Shown here: piece by piece, positions 29,724-36,122 of the stretch
How the letters are laid out: each line of letters starts with the position of its first letter
How positions within the stretch are numbered: position 1 is the first letter of the stretch
Virus record (IMG/VR): IMGVR_UViG_3300030673_000004
Coordinates: 62,001-126,000 of that record
DNA: 64,000 nucleotides
Reading direction: 5' to 3' (one strand)
Program-made: the position numbers and the translations under genes
Notes under the pieces: model-generated
Told to the model about the DNA's origin: nothing
Seen by the model: the letters and a program-made list of their open reading frames with translations, nothing else
The model's database searches: none

Positions 29724-29877
29724 GTTCTTCCGCTGAAATGGACACTAAGCGGACGTGGTGCTGGGACCTTTAAGTTACAGGTAATGCTGGGCGGCGGTCA
29801 AAATCGGACAGAACCTTGTAGGTTGTATTGGGTCGCTCCCTATACAGCAAGTGGACTGGGCACCGCAGCGGAGGAAC
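29724..29877 (+). ncRNA. Unassigned structured RNA (~154 nt)
   Basis: 12-bp closing helix GTTCTTCCGCTG/CAGCGGAGGAAC; internal GGTGC/GCACC and a 29822-29848 hairpin. Confidence 0.55.
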
Positions 29878-29886
29878 TTTGTTGCT

Positions 29887-29960
29887 GGTCCTATCGTCTA
29901 ATTGGTTAGGACACCACCCTCTCACGGTGGGAGTGTGGAGTTCAAGTCTCCCTAGGACTA
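29887..29960 (+). tRNA. tRNA-Glu(CTC)
   Basis: GGTCCTA/TAGGACT; CCACC-CTCTCAC-GGTGG. Confidence 0.92.
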
Positions 29961-30187
29961 TAAATAAGTGTAGTTTTGCATTAAGCAGACTTTGAAATAA
30001 GAGTGCTTAATGTTTAGCTGCATGAAGTCCGGTAGTCGCCCTGAGTAGCCAGCGGAGACGTTGACCTTTGGGTGAAGCTGAAATAATTGCTTCCTACCGG
30101 CATTTTGCTTTGCTTATATGTACAATGTAATAACGCTATACATATAAGTGAATTGTGACTAGTTCTTCGTTAGGAGAATCCTCACAA

Positions 30188-30263
30188 GCCGCGCATTAGT
30201 CTAAATGGTAAAGACATTCCGGAATCATTCCGGAAAATGTTGGTTCGAATCCAGCACGTGGCA
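30188..30263 (+). ncRNA. Atypical tRNA-like RNA with TCA at the tip of a palindromic anticodon arm
   Basis: D-arm GTCT/AGAC, T-arm GTTGG-TTCGAAT-CCAGC, acceptor with a 2-nt bulge; anticodon arm TTCCGGAA-TCA-TTCCGGAA. Confidence 0.7.
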
Positions 30264-30264
30264 T

Positions 30265-30360
30265 GATGGGATAGCTCAATTGGTAGAGCGGCTCGCCCCC
30301 TTTAGGGATCGGGTGTGAAGGAGACTTCGTCGGTTGATGGTTCGAATCCATCGCTCATCT
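30265..30360 (+). ncRNA. Atypical tRNA-like RNA with expanded anticodon region and long variable arm
   Basis: GATGGGA..TAGCTCAATTGGTAGAGC; GCTCG[CCCCCTTTAGGGAT]CGGGT; variable arm GTGAAG-GAGA-CTTCGT; GATGG-TTCGAAT-CCATC. Confidence 0.7.
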
Positions 30361-30793
30361 ATCTGTATAATAAGTAGTTGCGAACTTATTATTGTGCGCT
30401 TGAGCACTAGCCTGTATAAGGTTTTCTTTATACAGAAAGCAGAGCAACTTGGGAGTAGCCAAGTTATATTAACCTACTCGCAATCATGATCAAGATTAAA
30501 TAGAATCCGTTCTTGCTCGGGGCATATTGCAGACCGCCCATAGGTTTCAGACGTTATTGAAAATCTATGAATGTTTCTGCTAGACAATAAGCATTTCATA
30601 TGGAGACTCTATGTCCCTGCACGCATGCATCTAGTTAGCGCTTGCTCTGCTTGCACGATATACAGAACAGTTGATATATGTGAATGCTGAGTTGCTGTTT
30701 CCTGTGTAAATAGGTTACAGTTTGGTAGCATTTTGTGAAAGCAACTTACTACCACGAGGATGATACAGGTAATCTCGTAAAAACTGTATCAAT

Positions 30794-30866
30794 GCCAGTG
30801 TAGCTCAGTTGGTAGAGCAGTTGCTTTGTAAGCATCAGGTCGCGAGTCCAAGTCTCGCCGCTGGCT
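30794..30866 (+). tRNA. tRNA-Thr(TGT)
   Basis: GCCAGTG/CGCTGGC; loop TTTGTAA. Confidence 0.92.
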
Positions 30867-30867
30867 C

Positions 30868-30996
30868 TTGTTCCTTGCTGTTAAGAATGAAGTTCATCTT
30901 ACCTAAAACAAGATATTTTGGATTCGAATCCAAAATACGCTTAACCGCGTATGGCTTTGGTGCCAATTTCTTCATTTTGCTTGTTTGCAGGAACAA
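30868..30996 (+). ncRNA. Y-RNA-like element 1 (degenerate tRNA-mimic domain)
   Basis: TTGTTCCT/AGGAACAA stem; TGCTGTT...TTGTTTGC signature; inner hairpins in T-AS-D order (TTTTGGA-TTCGAA-TCCAAAA, TACGC/GCGTA, GGC-TTTGGT-GCC). Confidence 0.7.
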
Positions 30997-31001
30997 ACTT
31001 T

Positions 31002-31074
31002 TCAGTCATGCTGTTCTGACATCAGGTTCATCCTTTTAAGATATTTTCCCGATGTTGATTTGTTTGCTGACTGA
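31002..31074 (+). ncRNA. Y-RNA-like element 2 (minimal, 73 nt)
   Basis: TCAGTCA/TGACTGA stem; TGCTGTT...TTGTTTGC; GGTTCATC motif; no tRNA domain. Confidence 0.7.
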
Positions 31075-31087
31075 TTTACTGTAGAAA

Positions 31088-31227
31088 GGTCAGTGCTGTT
31101 AGAGATCGGTTACTTCCAATTTCAAGGACGAGGTCACAGGTTCGAGTCCTGTTCCTGGCTTTTAATGCCGGGATAGCTCAGTTGGTTAGAGCGCGTAAAC
31201 TATCCGGTTTCGTTTGTTTGCCTGACT
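31088..31227 (+). ncRNA. Y-RNA-like element 3 (YrlA-type, full tRNA-mimic domain)
   Basis: GTCAG/CTGAC stem and signature; T-arm ACAGG-TTCGAGT-CCTGT precedes acceptor TCCTGGC-loop-GCCGGGA, then D-arm GCTC-AGTTGGTTA-GAGC. Confidence 0.85.
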
Positions 31228-31232
31228 GTTAA

Positions 31233-31305
31233 TGGCCCTTAGCTCATCTGGTAGAGCGCTACTCTGATATGGTAGAGGTGCTTGGTTCGAGTCCAAGAGG
31301 GCCAA
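31233..31305 (+). tRNA. tRNA-Ile(GAT)
   Basis: TGGCCCT/AGGGCCA; CTACT-CTGATAT-GGTAG. Confidence 0.92.
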
Positions 31306-31311
31306 TTCTTT

Positions 31312-31377
31312 ATACTTGCTGTTAGTCTTCAGATACATCTTTGGCTTGTAAAACCTGAAGACAGTTGTTTGCAGTAT
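31312..31377 (+). ncRNA. Y-RNA-like element 4 (minimal, 66 nt)
   Basis: ATACT/AGTAT stem; TGCTGTT...TTGTTTGC; GTCTTCAG/CTGAAGAC; GATACATC motif. Confidence 0.7.
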
Positions 31378-31385
31378 GAAGATAT

Positions 31386-31457
31386 GCACGAGTAGGTCAG
31401 TGGTAGACCACCTGCTTGCCAAGTAGGATGTCGTGGGTCCGAAACCCATCTCGTGCT
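31386..31457 (+). tRNA. tRNA-Gly(GCC)
   Basis: GCACGAG/CTCGTGC, U73; loop TTGCCAA. Confidence 0.92.
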
Positions 31458-31581
31458 TAGATGCGTAAATGAAATATGTCAACAAATGCTTCTATCATAT
31501 CTAGTAATCCGTGTATTCCATCTGGAGTTTATCCTGTGAAATCACCATCACCAGCCACACCTCCGAAGCATACATAAAAGT

Positions 31582-31706
31582 CCTATCTCAGTATAACCTT
31601 ACGAGCTAGCTGCCCTTGTTAGTGATAATAAGGAAGGTCAGGTCAAAGTCCTGGAGCGCCCCCGTTAGGCACAATAAGGAGCTTACGGTAACGGTACTGA
31701 GATAGG
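31582..31706 (+). ncRNA. Unassigned rod/multibranch RNA (125 nt)
   Basis: Perfect 12-bp helix CCTATCTCAGTA/TACTGAGATAGG enclosing further helices and CAGG-TCAAAGT-CCTG. Confidence 0.55.
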
Positions 31707-31710
31707 CAAT

Positions 31711-31782
31711 GCACCAGTAATTCAGTGGTAGAATCTCTGCCTTCCAAGCAGTTGGTCCCCAGTTCGATCCTGGGTTGGTGCT
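31711..31782 (+). tRNA. tRNA-Gly(TCC)
   Basis: GCACCAG/TTGGTGC, U73; loop CTTCCAA. Confidence 0.92.
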
Positions 31783-31966
31783 TTTGTTCATGGTGATGCT
31801 TGAGCAATAAATAGTATACTTTCATCACAGAGTATAATATAAATCTCCCGTGCATAAGAAGATGCGGAAATTCGGATAACGCAGCTTATGTGCTAACGGA
31901 CACTGGTGTTGATCGCACCCTGTTAGGGAGTTTTTGATCAGTACGTTTTCAGATCAAAACATTATT

Positions 31967-32050
31967 GGGTTGGATTGTAGTACGGCTACTACAGATGGAC
32001 TGTAAATCCATTGCCTTTCGGCTTTGCCTGTTCGAATCCGGAGCAACCCA
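31967..32050 (+). tRNA. tRNA-Tyr(GTA), imperfect T-stem
   Basis: ATGGA-CTGTAAA-TCCAT; variable arm GCC-TTTC-GGC; GGGTTG/CAACCC acceptor. Confidence 0.8.
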
Positions 32051-32089
32051 CTTCATTTTTCATAATCACCATTGTTAAGGGAGTTACTT

Positions 32090-33478
32090 ATGCCTACCAT
32101 CGTTGAGAATGCTCACGGTGTTCGGGCTTACGAATTTGGAGATGAAGTGTCTCTTCGTAGGCTTGTTCTTGCGTCCTTGCTGACTGAAGATTCTTCAGAC
32201 ATGCAAAAGCAAATCGCTGACTTGGTGCCTCGTGTAAGTCCTACGTCTGTGATGAATCTGGCGATCACAGCTCGTAAGGATTATGCGCTACGCAAGGTTC
32301 CCTTGTTTTTGGTTCGTGAGATGTCTCGCTATGAAAACCATCGTCCCTATGTAGCAGATACTCTAGCTCAAGTTATTGAGCGTGCTGATGAGATGAGCAC
32401 TTTTCTATCCATGTATTGGGCAGGAAAGAATGTAGGCGAGGGGCGTGAGCCTCTTGCTAGGCAGGTTAAGCTTGGGTTGGGGCGTGCTTTTGGGAAGTTC
32501 AATGCTTTCTCTTTGGCTCGTTATGATCGTAATAGTGCTGCATTTTCCATGCAGGATGTTATTAGGATCGCGCATCCTCGACCTGAGTCTCCTGAGCAGG
32601 AAGTACTCTTTCGACAGATTGCTAAGGGTGAAGCTCTTCCTCCTGTAAAGGATTGGGAACACGAGCTATCTCAGTCAAAGGACAAGAAGGCTTCATGGGT
32701 TTCTCTTTTGGAGAACAAGCAGCTTGGTGGCCTTGCTCTGTTGAAGAACTTGCGTAACATGCTGCAAGCCGGTGTCTCTCAAAGTTTGATTGTCTCAACT
32801 ATTGCTCAGCATCCGTTCAAGTATGTTTTGCCCTTTCGGTTCATCTCTGCTCTTCGTGAGCTTGTGCTATCTGATGTAGTTGTCTCTAACGAACTGCGGG
32901 ATGCTTTAGAACAAGCAATGTTTCGCGGTTTGGTGGATTTTCCTAAGCTTGACGGAGATACCGTGTTCCTTGTTGATGTGTCTGGGTCTATGAGTCATCC
33001 TCTTGGGATGTCTTTCTCAGATCGGCACGGTAGGACTCATGCTAGCTCTATGACTCGATCTGATGGCGCTGCTGCTTTGACTATGATGCTGAATGAAATT
33101 TGTGATGTACCTCACATCTTTAAGTTTCATACGCGAATCATTCCAATTTCCGGGTCTCGCGGTTTTGCTCTAGGGTCTCAAGTTAACTATGCGCGGCAAA
33201 ACACACGTCTGGGTGACTGCTTAAAGCAGGCTCAGCATGAGATGTTGGTTAAGGGAATCACTCCTAAGCGTTTGATTGTTTTAACGGATGAGGAGTCTCA
33301 GGATCCTGTTGGGGAAGGATTCGCTCAGTATAACTACATGATCAACGTGAAGTCGGCTTCTTACAGTATTGCTTATAAGTCATGGATCCGCATGACTGGC
33401 TTTAGTGAGCATATTGTTAAGCTGCTTGTTGGGCATGAGCGGTTAGATAAGTATGTTAAGGAACATGTAGCATTGTGA
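32090..33478 (+). CDS. rsr: Ro60/Rsr TROVE-vWA RNA-binding protein
   Basis: LRRLVLASLL, LRKVPLFLVREM, VIERADEM, KFNAFSLARYDR, WEHELS, LALLKNLRNM, VLPFRFISA, VDVSGSM (MIDAS), LIVLTDEESQD; ATG with an AAGGGAG RBS. Confidence 0.93.
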   Translation: MPTIVENAHGVRAYEFGDEVSLRRLVLASLLTEDSSDMQKQIADLVPRVSPTSVMNLAITARKDYALRKVPLFLVREMSRYENHRPYVADTLAQVIERADEMSTFLSMYWAGKNVGEGREPLARQVKLGLGRAFGKFNAFSLARYDRNSAAFSMQDVIRIAHPRPESPEQEVLFRQIAKGEALPPVKDWEHELSQSKDKKASWVSLLENKQLGGLALLKNLRNMLQAGVSQSLIVSTIAQHPFKYVLPFRFISALRELVLSDVVVSNELRDALEQAMFRGLVDFPKLDGDTVFLVDVSGSMSHPLGMSFSDRHGRTHASSMTRSDGAAALTMMLNEICDVPHIFKFHTRIIPISGSRGFALGSQVNYARQNTRLGDCLKQAQHEMLVKGITPKRLIVLTDEESQDPVGEGFAQYNYMINVKSASYSIAYKSWIRMTGFSEHIVKLLVGHERLDKYVKEHVAL

Positions 33479-33529
33479 ATTTCTGCCTGCAGTGCCTTGA
33501 GGGGAGGGTATTGTGGGTAGATTTTGTTC

Positions 33530-33603
33530 GGGCGAGTAGCTCAGATGGCTAGAGCAGTTGGTTCTTAACCAACGGGTCGTGGGTTCGAGTCCCACCTCGC
33601 CCA
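33530..33603 (+). tRNA. tRNA-Lys(CTT)
   Basis: GGGCGAG/CTCGCCC; GTTGG-TTCTTAA-CCAAC. Confidence 0.93.
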
Positions 33604-33606
33604 TAG

Positions 33607-33750
33607 CTTGAATACATGCTGTTTGACTTCGGATACATCAACTAGATGGTCGCAGGTTCGAATCCTGTTAAGGCTTTGAAAGAAGCTTTATAGCTCAGTT
33701 GGTAGAGCACCAAGCTAAATTTCCGATTTCTTTTGTTTGCTGTATTTGAG
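33607..33750 (+). ncRNA. Y-RNA-like element 5 (YrlA-type, full tRNA-mimic domain)
   Basis: AATACA/TGTATT stem and signature; GCAGG-TTCGAAT-CCTGT, then TAAGGCTTT-GAAA-GAAGCTTTA, then GCTC-AGTTGGTA-GAGC. Confidence 0.85.
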
Positions 33751-33755
33751 TTTTT

Positions 33756-33819
33756 GGGGATGTCGTCTAGTGGTCTAGTTTTCATGGTGGCTACTTGAGT
33801 TCGAATCTCAGCCTCCCTA
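33756..33819 (+). pseudogene. tRNA-Glu(TTC)-like pseudogene with internal deletion
   Basis: GGGGATGTCGTCTAGTGGTCTAG joins directly to TTTTCATGGTGG; the D-stem 3' strand and anticodon-stem 5' strand are missing; T-arm intact. Confidence 0.7.
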
Positions 33820-33832
33820 TTACTTAGATCTG

Positions 33833-33861
33833 TTGACACAAATCTTTGACTGTTGTATATT
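33833..33861 (+). promoter_or_regulatory. sigma70 promoter
   Basis: TTGACA-17-TG.TATATT. Confidence 0.75.
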
Positions 33862-33872
33862 TGGTTGTGTTA

Positions 33873-33957
33873 GCCCAGATGGTGGAACTAGGTAGACACT
33901 GGGGTCTTAAAAACCCTTGACTGTAATGTCGTGCGGGTTCAAATCCCGCTTTGGGCA
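33873..33957 (+). tRNA. tRNA-Leu(TAA)
   Basis: GCCCAGA/TTTGGGC A73; loop CTTAAAA; long variable arm. Confidence 0.92.
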
Positions 33958-34028
33958 CTTTATATAATGTGGTGCATTGCCCTCTAGGCGTGGTTACTAG
34001 GCTAAGTTGCGGGCATCTCAGAAGACAC

Positions 34029-34057
34029 TTGACATCCATGCAATAGTATAGTATATT
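34029..34057 (+). promoter_or_regulatory. sigma70 promoter
   Basis: TTGACA-17-TATATT upstream of a tRNA and tmRNA. Confidence 0.75.
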
Positions 34058-34066
34058 TGTTTTACT

Positions 34067-34137
34067 GGGGCTATAGGCTAGGGGTAAACCTGCGCGTCTG
34101 CAACGCGCCTTCCCCGGTTCGATTCCGGGTGGCTCCA
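34067..34137 (+). tRNA. tRNA-Ala(TGC) with C33, or Cys(GCA) anticodon on an Ala acceptor (ambiguous)
   Basis: Acceptor GGGGCTA/TGGCTCC-A gives G3-U70 and A73; arm GCGCG-TCTGCAA-CGCGC, alternative register CTGCAAC. Confidence 0.7.
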
Positions 34138-34159
34138 CTTCTTTGATATCTTTGAATTC

Positions 34160-34512
34160 GGGGGTGTATTGGTTTCGACAGATTCTGTGAGAATGATAGC
34201 GCGTGTCGAGGGTCCAGGTGGCCTCGTAAAAACCTGGAAAAAGTCAAACGGCGAAGAGATCTACTCTTACGCTCTGGCTGTCTGAGAAATCAGATACCAG
34301 AACCTTGCAATGAGATGCTGTTGTAGTTGCTTGGTATAATCTAGACGGCTGGGTTACAGTAATGTTTGTAGTCTGTAACTAAGAAAATCAAACTACGGTG
34401 TGTATGAGTCTGTTCTTCGACGCATGCGCAGTTAAGATCAAAAGAAGAACTACACACGTAGTGTTTTCATTTAAGTAGTTTTTGGACGCGGGTTCGAGTC
34501 CCGCCACCTCCA
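34160..34512 (+). ncRNA. ssrA: tmRNA; tag (A)GEEIYSYALAV at 34250-34285
   Basis: GGGGGTG TATTGGTTTCGAC 5' end; GACGCGGGTTCGAGTCCCGCCACCTCCA 3' end with G3-U; internal tag ORF ending ALAV-stop. Confidence 0.95.
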
Positions 34513-34545
34513 TTGTGTAAATGAGATCTATTTAAGGAGATCTCT

Positions 34546-34878
34546 ATGTCGGATGTAGTAAAAGATTTGTTACCTGATGAATATAACAGGGTACTTTCTT
34601 CAAATTCTGTGTCTGTAGTTGATTTTTGGGCTTCATGGTGTGGTCCGTGTACCGCGTTAGCTCCTGTCTACGAGGATATTGCCTCGGAGTATCAGACGAA
34701 AGCTAATTTTTACAAACTTGATGCTGGAGAACATACTGCTTTCGCAAAACAATTAGGGATACGAACGATTCCTACCTTGCAATTTCTGAGTAAAGGTACT
34801 ATTGTTCAAACCCTTACAGGTGCTACTACGAAAGACGCTATCATGGCTGCTCTTTTGCAGGCACTCTCTCTCATTTAA
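34546..34878 (+). CDS. trxA: Thioredoxin
   Basis: VDFWASWCGPC, IRTIPTL; AAGGAG RBS. Confidence 0.95.
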   Translation: MSDVVKDLLPDEYNRVLSSNSVSVVDFWASWCGPCTALAPVYEDIASEYQTKANFYKLDAGEHTAFAKQLGIRTIPTLQFLSKGTIVQTLTGATTKDAIMAALLQALSLI

Positions 34879-35006
34879 CTCTGCTTTTAGCAGATATAGA
34901 CTTGCCTAGATTAGTTTCTAGACAGCATTCGAGTGAAATCGAATGGCCCATACAGGGCAAAATAGCAGCAGAACTGCTATTCACCAACTTAGAGAAAGTA
35001 GATACT

Positions 35007-35576
35007 ATGAGCACCAAGATTGCTCTTGCAAATGTTCTTCGCATCGTTGCCGAGAACAAGGATTCGCTGACCAAGGAGATCCTTGCGGATGTTCTTGATG
35101 GTGTTGCTGATGGCTTGGAGTCGGATGTTACTGTTGGAATCTCGCTTCAGCGTGCTCCGCAGGCTCCTGGAACCAAGGCACCTACCGCTCCAGCTACTTC
35201 TGCTTCTGACACGGATGCCACTTCTGAAGAAGGCTATGAAGCTGTCACCGAAGGCTTCATCGAGGCTGGTGACGAGTGGAAACTTCGTGATGGTTTGACG
35301 CACACTGATGGTCGTGAGGTCACCTGGCGTGAAGTTACTGCTGACCTTGTTGGAAAGCCTGTCACTGACTTTAGCAAGTCACTCCTTCGTCGTCCTGATG
35401 AGGACGCTTTTGAGGATGTCACCGAAGGCTTCATCGAAGCTGGTGACCAGTGGAAGCTCAGTGCTGGTTTGAAGCACCGCGATGGCCGTCCCACTGTGTG
35501 GCGCACTGTGGAAGATTCTCTTGTCGGCAAGGACGTTGCCGAGTTCGAGAAGTCTCAGTTCCGTCGCAAGGCTTAA
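35007..35576 (+). CDS. Hypothetical protein with two tandem 58-aa domains
   Basis: Start re-set to MSTKIALA; repeats VTEGFIEAGD.WKL..GL.H.DGR...WR.V...LVGK.V..F.KS..RR, 174 nt apart. Confidence 0.8.
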   Translation: MSTKIALANVLRIVAENKDSLTKEILADVLDGVADGLESDVTVGISLQRAPQAPGTKAPTAPATSASDTDATSEEGYEAVTEGFIEAGDEWKLRDGLTHTDGREVTWREVTADLVGKPVTDFSKSLLRRPDEDAFEDVTEGFIEAGDQWKLSAGLKHRDGRPTVWRTVEDSLVGKDVAEFEKSQFRRKA

Positions 35577-35582
35577 GCCTCT

Positions 35583-35631
35583 TTCCCTTGTTATACTACG
35601 GGTTTTACTCTTAGTGTAGCAAGGGATTTTT
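35583..35631 (+). terminator. Probable intrinsic terminator
   Basis: TCCCTTGTTATACTA...TAGTGTAGCAAGGGA followed by TTTTT. Confidence 0.55.
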
Positions 35632-35638
35632 GTATACT

Positions 35639-35724
35639 GCCGAGGTGGTGGAATTGGTAGATCACGGTAGACTCAAAATCTACTGCCTGTAATGGGCGTG
35701 AGGGTTCAAGTCCCTCTCTCGGTA
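35639..35724 (+). tRNA. tRNA-Leu(CAA)
   Basis: GCCGAGG/TCTCGGT A; GTAGA-CTCAAAA-TCTAC; long variable arm. Confidence 0.92.
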
Positions 35725-35819
35725 CTACTTGTAGTTCAGCAGTTTGTTAAGATGGATTCTCAAGAATATGATTGGTCATAATTTAATAGGCCGTACATTT
35801 GAGAAAATAGGAGATCTCA

Positions 35820-36011
35820 ATGAGTAACAGGAGAAAGACTTTGGTGGATGTTAGGCGAGAGTTCAACATCACAATTCCAGGTCCTGTTCCGAAGCAGCCG
35901 GAATTCAATGATCACATCCAATGTACTTGTGATCATTGCAAGGCTTATCTTGGGACATACCAAGTAGATCCTGTAGATCAGGATGAATTTGGAATTGACT
36001 TAGTTCAGTGA
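35820..36011 (+). CDS. Small hypothetical protein
   Basis: AGGAG RBS; H.QCTCDHC motif. Confidence 0.6.
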   Translation: MSNRRKTLVDVRREFNITIPGPVPKQPEFNDHIQCTCDHCKAYLGTYQVDPVDQDEFGIDLVQ

Positions 36012-36039
36012 ATATCGCAGGTTGTCGGTACTAATTGTT

Positions 36040-36122
36040 GGAGAGTTCGCATAACTGGTAGTGCAGCACTGTGCTAAGGTGCCGTCCGCAAGGATATGAG
36101 GGTCCGAATCCCTCACTCTCCG
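36040..36122 (+). tRNA. tRNA-Ser(GCT)
   Basis: GGAGAGT/ACTCTCC G73; loop GTGCTAA; variable arm GTCC-GCAA-GGAT. Confidence 0.9.

Noticed and set aside
30685-30735. TGCTGTT at about 30693 as another Y-like element
   Set aside because: No TTGTTTGC counter-strand or GATACATC-type motif follows.
31088-31227. Genuine permuted tRNA gene of the red-algal/archaeal type
   Set aside because: There is no anticodon loop or bulge-helix-bulge junction; the halves sit inside a stem shared with non-tRNA copies beside a Ro gene, which fits YrlA.
30868-31377. Regularly recurring TGCTGTT/TTGTTTGC motifs as a CRISPR array
   Set aside because: The motifs are short, alternate as paired arms and have irregular spacing; no cas genes or 25-40 nt identical repeats anywhere in the window.
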